Assembly (NCBI RefSeq): GCF_001194135.2
Contig: NC_068989.1
Span: 85,979,008-86,043,007, forward strand
Length of the DNA stretch: 64,000 nt
Direction: 5' to 3'
Source: Octopus bimaculoides
Lineage: Eukaryota
Positions 26,686 through 39,547 of this stretch are shown here, one piece after another (position 1 is the stretch's first letter; each line of letters starts with the position of its first letter). The notes under the pieces are model-generated. The model searched no databases. It was not told where the DNA came from and worked only from the letters and a program-made list of their open reading frames with translations. Made by a program: the position numbers and the translations under genes.

Positions 26686-27122
26686 TCATCATCATCATCG
26701 TTGTTTAACGTCCGTTTTCCATGCTGGCATGGGTTGGACGGTTTGATTGAGGGCTGGCAAGCCAGACGGCTGTACCAAGCTCTAATCTGATCTGACGATG
26801 TTTCTACAGCTGGATGCCTTTCCTAATGCCAACCACTCCAAGAGTGTAGTAGGTGCTTTTTATGTGCTACCTGCACAGGAGGCAGTCAGGCAGCACTGGC
26901 ATCGACTACGCTCGAATGGTGCTTTTAATGTGCCACCGGCATGGGACCAGTCAGGCGGCACTACACTCTCGGAGTGGTTGGTGTTAGGAAGGGCATCCAG
27001 CTGTAGAAACTCTGCCAGATCAGAATGGGGCCTGGTGTAGCCATCTGGTTCGCCAGTCCTCAGTCAAACCGTCCAACCCATGCCAGCATGGAAAGCAGAC
27101 ATTAAACAATGATGATGATGAT
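26686..27122. repeat. Inverted pair of a third SINE family with (GAT)n RTE-like tail
   Basis: 26686-26850 is the reverse complement of 26962-27122; family also at 80-250, 57780-58030, 63840-64000. Confidence 0.85.
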
Positions 27123-27214
27123 GAAAGGAAAAAGAGGAATGGAAGTGTGTCTAGATGAGTGGTTCTCAACCATGTTTTGCCTAGGGACCCCTTTGATTCT
27201 TAGTCTACTCTATT

Positions 27215-27405
27215 GGCACAAGGCCTGAAATTTGAGAGAAGGGGTTTAGTTGATTACATTGCCCTACCCTGTACTCAACTGGTACTTGTTTTATCAACCC
27301 TGAAAGGATGAAAGGCAAAGCCGACCTTGGTGGAATTTGAACTTGGAATGTAATGATGGATTAACTGCTGCTAAGCATTTCACTAGGCATGCTAACAATT
27401 CTGCC

Positions 27406-27441
<36 letters not shown>

Positions 27442-27894
27442 CCTTTCTACTATAGTACAAGGCTTGAAATTTGGCAGGAGGAGTTAAGTCGATTACATTG
27501 ACCCTGATGTGTAACTGGCACTTATTTTATCAACCCCTCAAAAAGATGAAAAGCAAAGATGACCTCAGCGGAATTGAAACTCAGAATGTAAAGACAGATG
27601 AAATACCACTATGCATTTTGCCTGGCATGCTAACAATTCTGCCAGTAATAATAATAATAATAATAATCCTTTCTACTAAAGGCACAAGGCCTGAAATTTG
27701 GGGGAAAGGTTTAAGTCAATTACATCGACCCCTAGTATTCAACTGGTATTTAATTTACTGACCCCAAAAGGATGAAAGGCAAAGTCAACTGTGGCAGAAT
27801 TTGAACTCAGAGCGTAGCAATGGGCAAAATACCGCTAAACATTGCATCCAGCATGCTAACGAATCTACCAGATCACCGCCTTAATAATAATAAC

Positions 27895-27927
<33 letters not shown>

Positions 27928-28372
27928 CCTTTCTACTGTAGGCACAAGGCCTGAAATTTTTTTGGGAGCGGACTAGTTGATTTCATTGACCCTGGTGTTC
28001 CACTGGTACTTAATTTATTGACCCTGAAAGAATGAAAGGCAAAGTCGACCTTGGCGGAATTTGAACTGAGAATGTGGCGGCAGACGAAATACCTCTAAGC
28101 ATTTCACCCAGTGTGCTAACAATTCTGCCAGCTAACCACCTTAATAATAATTATTTCAAATTTTTGCCACAAGGGTGGGGGATAAGTCAATTACATCAAC
28201 CCCAGTGTTCAACTGGTACTTATTGACCCCGAAAGCACGAAAGGTAAAGTCGACCTCAGCGCAATTTGAACTCAGAACGTAGAGACAGGTGAAATACTGC
28301 TAAGCACTTCATCCAGCATGCTCGCTGCCTTAATAATGATAATTATAATAATAATAATAATAATAATAATAA
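27215..28372 (-). repeat. Five head-to-tail copies of a ~210-bp tRNA-derived SINE separated by (AAT)n
   Basis: Copies start ~27215, 27441, 27668, 27927, 28153; minus-strand A-box-like TGGCAGAA and B-box GAGTTCAAATTCC; core GCCTTTCATCCTTTCGGGGTCGATAAA. Confidence 0.88.
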
Positions 28373-28396
28373 TTTAAAAAAAAAATATTTACTTAC

Positions 28397-28462
28397 TGCC
28401 AGATGAAGAGGTGAATATGGAGCTCCAGTTCGAAGAAGGTCTGTAGCAGCTGAGTCTAGAAT
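28397..28462 (-). CDS. ANKRD28: PP6 regulatory ankyrin repeat subunit (ANKRD28/44/52 family), first exon visible in window: ILDSAATDLLRTGAPYSPLHLA
   Basis: 66 nt, ctcag acceptor, GTAAGT donor, phase 0/0; matches the ...ISPLHLA segment of ANKRD28. Symbol denotes the family; vertebrate paralogue cannot be assigned. Confidence 0.92.
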
Positions 28463-30109
28463 CTGAGAGAGAGAGAGAGAGAGATGGAGGAAATGAATAA
28501 ACAGAACAAAAACGCTTTTCAAGTCTGGAGCCAATTCTACTAGTCTCTTCTGCCAAACTATTAAGTTGCAGTGACATAAACAAACCAACACTGGTTCTCA
28601 AGAAGTGGGGTACGGTGTGGAGATGACACACACACACACATACATGGGAGGCTTCCTCAGTTTCCATGTGAGGAATTGATCAGCTTGTGGGGTCTACAGC
28701 ACAGACACTTGCTCAGGGTGCTGTGCAGTGGGACTGAACCCAGAACCATGCGGTTACTAAGTGAGCTACTTAATGACACAACCACACCTGCACCTATCCT
28801 TGCTAATGCAATAAAACAGTGCAGCAATGTCAAAGTAGCAAGAATCATCAACCTAGCTGCACCTGTTTTCTGCAAGAAGGATGAGAAAGGACAATACAGA
28901 AAGTACATACAAATAGCAGATACCCAAAAATTCTGCATGGGGCTAATGACCAGAAGGTATCAGTAAATTTGTAAGAGGTCCCGTGTTCACCACTCACTGC
29001 ATTCCCCCTCCCTCTCGTGAACTTACCTCCCCACTCACCCTGTCCAATCCTTTGTATGACTTGCATTCACCTCCGTGTAACTTGAAGGTACACCCTGACA
29101 CACCACAATCTCCTTTCTCTTTCTCCTTTCCAACTGGGGTCACCATGTCCCTTATCAACACCAAGACGCCCCTACCTGTCTCTCTTATACTTTAACTTCC
29201 CATCACTTGACATAAAGCCACCATCCCCAGCTCAATGCTACACTCCGCCTCCATCGGTAGGTTTTGCCTTGTCAGTTACTTGGGGACCTCATTAGTGCTT
29301 TTAACATATAAAAGGTACCCTGTGAATTGGCCTGACTCCCCATCAGTCGCGACAAGTGTTCCAGTTGATTCAATCAACAGAACAGCCTGCTCATGAAATT
29401 AATGTGCATGTGGCTGAGTACCCCATGGACATGCATACACTCAATGTAGTTCTAGAAGGGATTCAGGTACAATTCATTTATGAGGTATGTAGGTATTATT
29501 TCTTTACTACCCACAAGGAGCTACACACAGAGGGGACAAACAATGACAGACAAATGGATTAAGTCGATTATATCGACCCCAGTGCGTAACTGGTACTTAT
29601 TTTATCAACCCCGAAAGGATGAAAGGCAAAGTCGACCTCGGCGGAATGTGAATTCAGAACGTAGCGGCAGACGAAATTCCGCTAAGCATTTCGCCTGGCA
29701 TGCTAACGTTTCTGCCAGCTCGCCGCCTGAAGTAATGTATGTATGTAGTGGAGGTGCATGGCCTAGTAGTCAAGGTATCCGGCTCATAACCATAAAATTG
29801 TGAGTTTGATTCCTGACAGTGTGTTGTGATCTTGAGCAAGACACTACTTCACCGTGTGAAGTGGTTGGTATTCGGAAGGGCATCCAACCCATAGAAACCA
29901 TGCCAAAGCAGACACTGGAGCTTGGTGGATCCACTACTGGTACCTTTTATGTGGCTCCACCACTGGCACCTTTTACGTGGCCCCACCACTGGTGCCTTTT
30001 ACGTGGCACCATCACCAGTGCTTTCTTTTTTACATGGCACCGTCACGTAATAAAATCAGATAGTTGCTGCATGGTTGGAATCCTTTCATATATATATATA
30101 ATCCTCGTC

Positions 30110-30455
30110 ATAGTTTTTATCTCTGCTTTTCCACACTTGCATGGGTCAGAAAGGTCTTTTCTAACACAGTGTCTTGCCATTTATTACATTCCTTTCTCAT
30201 CTCCTTGGCAAAGTTCAACATTCTGAGATCAGCTTCCACAATTTTCTGTCCATGTCTTCCCTTGCCATATCTTCATTCCTCTTGGTTCTCTTGGAACTTT
30301 TTACCCATCTATTATTCTCCATCATTCATGTCCATATCAGATCAACCAAACGCACCATATCTAGTTCTTCTCATACACAGTTTATCTATCAGCTCATCTC
30401 TACCACGTTGTCCGTGCACACCAAACATTACACATCCAGTGAAGGATGCTTGCCT
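30110..30455 (-). mobile_element. Degenerate RTE LINE 3' fragment
   Basis: ASILHWMCNV, homologous to ASMICWMCNV of the 58-kb copy. Confidence 0.6.
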
Positions 30456-30849
30456 TGTTCCCTCTCTGTCTGTCAATCCATCCAAACAAACAAAAACACA
30501 GATTGCTAGGATTTTCTAAGTGAAAAGGAAAGAGAAGCACGTCTTTCAAATCCAATCTATTTGCAGTACAGTAAAATTTGTGAAACATTCCAAAATGCAC
30601 TCCATCTGAGATTCTTGAAATGAACAGAGGCACACACATACATATACACAACACGCAAGTACTACAGAGTCATATTTGCACAGAACACAAGCACAGGTGC
30701 ATACAGCTACACATATACATATATACACAACACATACATACACGCATATATACATACACAACACAACATATACATACACACACACACATACATACACACA
30801 CAACACATACATACACAACCCATACATACATACACACACACAAACACAC

Positions 30850-30952
30850 ACAACATCTAAGTCCTAAAGAATTCTGTTCATAGATAAGTGCAGCTGTACA
30901 CACACACAACACCTAAGTACTAAAGAATCCTGTTCATACAGAATGCAGCTGT

Positions 30953-30955
<3 letters not shown>
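30850..30955 (+). repeat. Local tandem duplication, two ~57-bp units
   Basis: acaacaYctaagtMctaaagaatYctgttcata...gcagctgtMcacacac twice. Confidence 0.75.
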
Positions 30956-30993
<38 letters not shown>

Positions 30994-31886
30994 CCCAGCC
31001 ACATTTTTACAAAAGCCAGGAAATATCTCAACTCAAAAATGTCCAGTCACTTTGTTAAGGATAGGCTTGAACATACATGAGCCTCCATCCAGTTTCTCTC
31101 TCTAAAATCCTAGTGACAATGCAATGGTCAATGCCAGGCAATGATAAAAGACTGTTTGTCCAAGATGCTACACAGTGAGATCAAACCAGGGGCCAGGTGG
31201 TGGTGAAACTCATTTCTCAACAACTCAACCATACTTGCACATGTGTATTCTACAACACCACCACACACATCCATAGATTCAATCAGTGCTTGTTAAATAC
31301 AGAAAGAAACGTGAGTCAAATAACGTGTGTATGTATACTGATGTGTATATACACATTCACACTTCCAAGGATACCATTACACCTGCACGCATGCAAGTGC
31401 ATCATGCGTTCACACATACAAAAGTACATGCAAATCTAAAGATTCAACACAAACATCAGTTTACATATACACGTGTCTGTGTATATGCATGTGTGAATGC
31501 ATATATGTTTGTGTATGTGTGTGTATGCATATATGTTTGTATGTGTGTGTGTGTGCGCATATGTTTGTGTATGTGTGTATATATATTTGTGTATGTGTGT
31601 GTGTGCATATATGTTTGTGTATGTGTGTGCATATATATATGTGTGTGCATGTATATATGTGTGTGTGTGTGTATATATATGAGAGGTATTGGTATCCAAA
31701 AGACCCAAGGTGGCAGGTAAGGCTATGTAAGTGCTATGGTAGGACCTTAATTAAACTCTCGGTTCGATAATGATACAAGTGAGGAATCTAATGCGTGTCT
31801 TGCATGAGCATGTATATGTTAAATAAAAGAAGACAAGAAAACCAAGGCTGTGTGGAATTTTCAGGACATTTATAAAGAGAGAGTTA

Positions 31887-31934
31887 GTCTTACATCTGTT
31901 TCTGGGATGTTAGGGATATCCCTTCATCAGAGAC
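31887..31934 (-). ncRNA. Minimal type I hammerhead ribozyme motif, core intact, stem II closing pair mismatched
   Basis: GTCT-CTGATGA-aGGGAT(atccctaac)ATCCCa-GAAAC-agat-GTA-AGAC; stem I GTCT/AGAC. Confidence 0.7.
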
Positions 31935-32474
31935 GATGTGAGATGGTTAAATAGAGGGAGATATTATAGAGTTCAATATGAGGAGTTATTTTGAGAAAGG
32001 AAGCAAATAAGGAGTATATAGGGAAATAAGATAATGAATATAGAAATATAAATAAATATATATGTAGGATGTTATAGTTGCAGTTCCATTATCCAAGGAA
32101 AGTGGTGTGTAGAAGTGGTAGAAATGCTCCTAGTCCATGGTATGTAAATTCCAATAGGAGTTCATATTTTGTCATTAAAGTGTGGAGACATATATTACAT
32201 ATGCTGTTCATTCAAAGGGGTTCACACTTTCCATTTGTAATGACAAAATATGAACTCCTATCGGAATTTACATACCACAGACAAGAAGCATTTCTACCAC
32301 TTCTACACACCACTTTCCTTGGATAATGGAACTGTAGCTATAACATCTTTATACATTTTTATTTTTATTTCTATATTCATTCTCTTATTTCCATTTATAC
32401 TTCGTATTTCCTTCCTTTTCCAAAATAACTCCTTATATTGAACTCTATTTCCCTCTATTTAACCATCTCACATC

Positions 32475-32524
32475 GTCTCTGATGAAGGGATATCCCTAAT
32501 ATCCCACAAAAAGCTGTAAGACTA
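32475..32524 (+). ncRNA. Degenerate minimal type I hammerhead motif (mirror copy)
   Basis: GTCT-CTGATGA-agggatatccctaatatccca-cAAAA-AGCT-GTA-AGAC; GAAAC mutated, palindromic AGCT loop III retained. Confidence 0.6.
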
Positions 32525-32674
32525 ACTTTCTCTTTATAAATGTCCTGAAAATTCTACATAGACTTGGCTTTATTGTCTCATTTTATTTAACACACACATA
32601 AAATGTACTGATCCACAATAGAAAATTCAACAAAAAAGTACTCCATCTGGTGAGAGATAAATATTATTTATTTA

Positions 32675-32916
32675 AAGGTCACAATGCATGTATTAAAGCA
32701 CTACTAATAGTTTCTTATGTTGAGAAAACTCAAACATATTCTTCAGGTGCAATCCACATATCATAACGAACTAGAGAAATTGAATAATTTTTATGTGTTT
32801 CTTCTATTATTCAATTTCTTTAGTTTGTTATATGCGGTCTGCGCCAGAAGAATATGTTTATGTTTTCTCATCATATGAAACTATTAGTAGCACTTTAATA
32901 CATGTATTGTGACCTT
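32675..32916. mobile_element. Foldback/MITE with ~85-bp imperfect inverted arms
   Basis: AAGGTCACAATGCATGTATTAAAGCACTACTAATAGTTTC... and its reverse complement; no clear TSD. Confidence 0.7.
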
Positions 32917-35900
32917 CAATTATATATATGTATATATATGCACACATACATCAAAGCACATGTTGGAAATATTGACATAAATACAGCTACAACAAGCTAA
33001 AATGTATACACACATGCAAAAAAAAAAATATATATATATACTCATACACACACCTAAGTAAGAATATATGTGAATAGACACACAAATACACATACATGAG
33101 CATAAGAAAGAAAATATAAATATCCAGACATACACATCTAAACAGCAATATATACATTAAAAATAATAAACATATATATATATATATATATGGTAAATAT
33201 AAATAATGGCATTGACAGAAAAACATACATAAAATATATATACATAGATCCCTCCATCCATATGCTTGCTTCTGTGTGTGAGAGAGAGAGATGTTTAACG
33301 CTCATATGAATGTACAAGTTAACACATGTTTATGTGTACTTATATAAGATAGATAGATAGATATACCTTTTAGTATTAATGCATATATCTTTGTATGAAG
33401 ATTTACAAATTCGCCTGAAGAGAAGTTCTATGTCAAAGCACATATGGAGATTGGGTGACTGTATGTATATATGAATAAAGTTTAAATGAAAACAAGCAAA
33501 GAGAAGCGTGGCCAGTAGAATGTATTTGAACAATATAGACAAATACAGACATGTCAAATACCATACAACATAAGTTCCTGATACATTGAATTTATCTTGA
33601 CTGCCTGAGGATGTATCATAATTACCAAATGGCAATTAAGACCAACTCTATTTGAGATGGGGAAATGATCCCAGGATTCAAAAAGTCTCCAATGTTGACA
33701 TGCCACTAGGGAAACAGGACAGGCTTATTGTCTGGGGATAAGAGGACAGCCATGGATATGTGTTTCTGACTCAATAGCCATCATCGTCAAGATAATTGTG
33801 TGACATTATTACAAAAAGGAGAACAACACATTCCTGGCCGAGGCAGTTTGCATAATTCAAACAAATTGAGCTGAGGGAAACAATTCAAAGCAACCAGTGG
33901 TATATAGTTGAACAGACAAATACAGGTATATCAAATATCATATAACATAAATACATCTGGCCTAGTTGGGGGCATAGCAACTCTTTGGTGCTGGTACAAA
34001 AAAAAAATGCACTGTTGGTGTTAGGAAGGGCATCCAGTCATAGAAATCATAAACCATACCAAAACAGAGACATTCAAGCAAAATAGGATCTTCCAACTGA
34101 TCGAGGAGGGATGTAACACCAGTTAGAAAGAAGGAACTGATTTAGATCTTGATGAACCTCAACAACCCATGCCAGCATGGACAATGGACATGAAATCATG
34201 TCTTGCTACTACACACCATTACGAATCTTACACACACCACATTAGTCCTCTATATACACGGTCCATAATTCACTATCATACACCATCGTACATCTTAACA
34301 CCATGTGTAAATTAAAAATAAAAGAGGACCCCTTCCCTCATGAATGACCATGGGATTGCACCTAGAAAGTTCTCCTCCGAGGCACAAATCTAGGCAAGGT
34401 TGTTTATGGAAGACTAGTAGTTGGCTGTGCATACCAGCCTCCCCTTTCCACACCACCGATGTTATCCAAAGGAAAGGCAAAGGTTGATACAGCGTGGCAC
34501 CAGTGACGTCACAACTCATTTCTACAGCTGAGTGAACTGGAACAACGTGAAATAAAGTGTCTTGCTCAAAAACACAACATGCAGCCCGGTCCGGGAATTG
34601 AACTCACAACCTCACGATCATAAGCTCGACCCCTGAGCCATGCACCTTTATAGCTAGCATGTCAACAAACACACACATACCTTTAAAGTTAGTCCCCCCT
34701 CTCTCTCTCACACACACACACCACACAAACTATTGTTGACTGGAGATGCAACTGGTGTGGCTACCATAGGGTAAACTCATTTGAATGTAGCCAGGGGCAA
34801 GGTGCTAGTGTTAATAAGGGCAATGGATTTAAAGGTTTCCTTTTCAAAACCAGTACAGTCCATATCTGGTTGGCTTGTGGTTGGGATAGAAAACATTTGC
34901 CCAAGGTGCAGCACAGTGAGACAACCTAGAGCCATGCAATGTCAAAGCAAACTTTTTAATTACACAGCCATGTCTGTATCTAACGAACACCTCAAATGGT
35001 TACAGTTTCATTAACCAGTGAAATATACTGGATATGTTTGGTGTAATATTGATCCCTGAAAAACAATCTGGAACCTTGTAAAAAAAAAATAATTAAAAAA
35101 AAAAAAAAAAAACTTACAGAAAATATCGATTTCAAATTTTGGCCCAAGCTCAACAATTTTTTTGTGGGGGGAGGCATGTTGATAACATTGACCCCAGTGC
35201 CCAACCGGTACTTATTTTATCGACCCCGAAAGGATGAAAGGTGAAGCAGACCTTGGTGGAATCTGAACTCAGAACGTGAAGACAGATGAAATGCCTCAAA
35301 TGGTTTTGCCTGGCATGCTAATGATTCTGCCAGCTTGGCAATTTACTTGCAGAAGATATCAAAAATTAACTACAGTTATGTCTTATTAAGTACATCATCA
35401 CAGAGAGTTGATTCTCACAGAAATGCACGATTACATACATGCACCCACTGACACATATAGGTACACATGCACAGACACACACTCACATACATTTGCACCT
35501 CCACACAAATTTAAAGAAATCATAAAACAGAAGAGAGCGAAATATTATACATTTTTACTAGAGGCTGATTATTATTACATGTGTCCATTACAATTTAAAA
35601 TGATGTCAATACACAGCTCATCAGGCAATTTGGTGAAAATTTTAAAGTTTCTGTGATTAAACATTTTTAATAATATAATTTATAAAAAAAGAAAAAAAAA
35701 TTGTGGGAAATTTGACTGGCAACTGTTGGTGCTGCCACCTACAGTTTCTTTTGTAGTAAGAGAGTTTACTAAGTAGAAGGGTGGGTGAAGTTTCCCTTTA
35801 AGGGAAGAGAACTGCTCAGGGTGTATAATTTCTTTTTTTAGCATTATTACAAGGTTTTTTTGTCTTTCAGTCCTATGTTACAAGAATGTCTGTAGTCATG

Positions 35901-38900
35901 AGTTAAATATGTAAGTGTACATCTGCTTAAATGCTCTAATGGTAATTAACATGTAAATCTTTAAAAAAAAGAATTTAGAAGTGGCCTTGTGTAAAGAAAC
36001 CAATGTATGGCAGAAATCAGACCTATTTTGTATATATTACAGTTTAAATCAGGTCATTCCACAGCACAGACTATGAATACTGTGGCAGGCCACACAAAGC
36101 AGTGCTTATATTTCATATATTTCATTATCATATGAAGGCCAGAAGAGTTATTATTAAAGGAGGAGGTTGCTGATTTTATTGTAATTTATACAACATTAAA
36201 AAAAAAATTTCAAAAAAAAAATCAAGAAAAAAATATATATCATTGATATGTCAAGATTTCACTAATAGAGTGTCATTATGATATCTAAGAAGGTATTTTT
36301 ACTTGTGTGGGCAGCAAGAAATTAATTAATTATGATTATTCATTTGGTGTTAGGAAGGGCATCCAGCCATCGAAGCTATACCAAAAAAGATATTGGAGGT
36401 TAGCATAGTCCTCTGGTTCATCAGCTCCTGTCAAACCATTCAGCCTACGCCAGCATGGGAAACAGATGTTTGGCTATGATGTCTTATGTTTTAAAATCAA
36501 TGTTATTTCTGGCATGTATAAAAAGCAGAAACATTTTATTATGTCTAAACAGTGCCAACTGATATTGGAAGTTAGGTTATTTATTTTCCAAAAGTCATAA
36601 GTGTATTGCTAAGCCCATGCCCAATCTTTCTTGCGGTGATCATGTACATTTATGTTGACTATTTCTCACCTAAATCAATTTGCTATCATGCTGATGTAAT
36701 CTATATTGTTCTGGTTAAGGTCAGATGTGGGATGTGAAAGAGGCTGCATTGATAATTAGTTTCCAAAGCAATTCCCATTTCTAGGCAAACATATGTTTAT
36801 GCTTGTGGGGGAGAGTGCAATTTTGCCTGATGGAAGAATATTTTTTTTTTTCAATTTTGGTGCAAACACTAAGGTGGGTTAAACCACATTACCTTTCTTT
36901 TGTATTATCTCTTGCTGAGTATCTTTATTTATCTTTTACATGTTTCAGTCAGTGGGGTGGGCCATGCTGTGGTACTGCCTTGAAGGGTTTAGTCAAACAA
37001 GTTGTCTGGTACTTATCCTATTGGTCCCTTTTGCTTGACTATTAAATTGCAGGTATGTAAACAAACCAACACCAGTTGCCAATTGGTATGTGTGGGGAAC
37101 AAACGCAGATACAAAGACACACACAAATATATGACAGGCCTCCACATGGTTTCTATCTACCAAATTCACTCAGAGGGCATTGGTTGGTCCATGGTGCCAT
37201 GCTGTGGGACTGAACCCAAAACCATGTGGTTGTAAAGTAAGTTTCTTAACCACACAGTCAAGCAAAGCTTATGTATGTTTATGATATATAAAAGTTTCTA
37301 TGAAACAGATGTTAGTATATTATTGGATACATAAAGGCATGGCTGTGTGGTAAGAAGCTTGCTTACCAACCACATGGCTCTGGGTTCAGTCCCACTGCGT
37401 GGATCCTTGAGCAAATGTCTTCTACTATAGCCTCGGGCCAACCAAAGCCTTGTGAGTGGATTTGGTAGATGGAAACTGAAAGAAGCCTGTCATGTATATA
37501 TTTATGTGTGTGTGTGTGTGTGTGTGTGTGTCTGTGTTTGTCCCCACCACCACTGCTTGACAACCAATGTTGGTGTGTTTATGTCCCAGAAACTTAGTGG
37601 TTCGGTAAAGTACTAGGCTTACAAAGAACAACTCCTGGGGTTGATTTCTTTGACTAAAGGCAGTACTCCAGCATGGCCGCAGTCAAATGACTGAAACGCG
37701 TAAAAGAGTATCCTACTCAGTTAAACAAGGTTTTTGTCCTAACAAACAGCTGGGATTCTTTAACCTAAATTAGTTGAAAGAACAAATATTCTGTGGTTGG
37801 AAATATAATTTTTGCATTGAATCGGTTAAATGAATGGTTGAAATTATTTTTCTCTAAAGGTCTAACAATAAAATTTAAGAAATTAATTAATTTGAGGTTG
37901 TTACTTATGTCATTATAAATAACAAATCTTTGCAAAGGTTGATCAGCTCCCTCTGGAGTTTACCAGCTTGTTGCCAGTTGATAGTTTTGGAGATAAACAA
38001 GGCAAAGAATTTATCCATTTGGATATCTATTTTTTATATTTCTGCACCATACAGTACTAAAATGATGCCACCAACTCAATATATATTTCTTTATTTTTGC
38101 AGATAAAACCATCATCTCTATAAACTCTACCAATGATGAAGTGGAATTTATTATTTATTAAATCTAAATTTATAAGTCATTCAGAGTTAAGATTTCTGTT
38201 AAATGTTTGTGGCTTAAAACTTTGGCTGTATGTTTATTCAGCAGTACATTGTGGTTAGAGAAGAGAATAATCAAATTAGTTATCTACGCAGTCAATTTTG
38301 CATCTAATACAAGTCAGAAGGAAGTTGATTGCATTGGTATGATGGCAAATCAATTTACAATGAGATATAATTGACATAAATATACATTTAGAAAAAAATA
38401 TTCCAGGAGGTGACAAGTTCAGAAGAAAGCTATGTCTAGCCACTTTCTGACAAAATATGTTTCGTTGGACTAATGATTACAAATTAGAAATATCTTTTTC
38501 AAAAAACCCAAAGAATATGTTCCGGTGTGATGTGCTATTTGCCTCTCTCTCTCTCTGCCGCACTCTTTCTCTCTCCCCCTCTCTCTCTTCAATTCCTACG
38601 CGACCCTAACTCTATATAAACCAAAATAAATAGCTATTGGCCATAGAAATCCACAATATTCTGAGGAGTCCGCAATATAAATTTACATATGTTAGCCAGA
38701 AAAATCTGCAATGTACTGAGGATGTGATAGGTGAACCGCAATATGGTGAGTGATTACTGTATAAAATAGGTTTAATTTCCTTCTTTTCCATAAAGGTTTC
38801 TTTGTATAACATTCTTTCTTAGATTTACATATTAATTACACATCAAACATATGCACACACCCATGATTCCTGACTAACAGCAACCATAAAAAATAAACCT

Positions 38901-38948
38901 CAACTCAAAAAGTAATTTTATCAGAATATAATATACAAAGATACAAAC

Positions 38949-38991
38949 ATTACCTGATGAGCCTTGTGTGGGCAAAACTTCAAGTTATAAT
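38949..38991 (+). ncRNA. Degenerate minimal type I hammerhead motif, second family
   Basis: ATTAC-CTGATGA-GCC(ttgtgtg)GGC-AAAAC-ttcaa-GTT-ATAAT. Confidence 0.6.
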
Positions 38992-39478
38992 ATGAACAGA
39001 TAATATCTGGCTTTTAATAAATAAAAAAATGCATACCAATATGTTCTTTAGAAGCTAATGATTCACTGGTACTACTCAGAGTTTCTTGCAGTGTACGATC
39101 TTATAGGTGACAAAGGATTACACACAGCTTTTTGTTGCCTGATCGAATGCACATAATAAGCAACTCTGAATAGTAACTAAATAAATCAACATAAAACTGA
39201 ATAAAAAATATACTCTACTACATGCATTGAGTACTCTTTTCTCTGTCTGTACATCCAAATAGATTTTTGAAAGTTTGCCTGAAAAATTGCTGAGTATTAA
39301 ACTGGAGTAGTGGACAGATCCTAAAAATTACACACACACACACACAAAGGCAGGCAGGCACACATACACACACACACATGTGCGCATACAGGCACATACA
39401 CAGGTATACACACAGGTACATACTCATGTATAAAGGTGTTTAAATATAAATATGTATATGTTCAGTTACAAATGTTTG

Positions 39479-39547
<69 letters not shown>

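Larger units (their letters stand above)
31818..32591. mobile_element. Foldback: ~355-bp inverted arms, ~60-bp spacer, each arm with a hammerhead-like motif; probable Penelope-derived inverted terminal repeat
   Basis: 31818-32177 is the reverse complement of 32238-32591 with scattered mismatches. Confidence 0.85.

Noticed and set aside
35600-35630. CTGATGAGC on minus as a further hammerhead
   Set aside because: No stem II closure or GAAAC downstream
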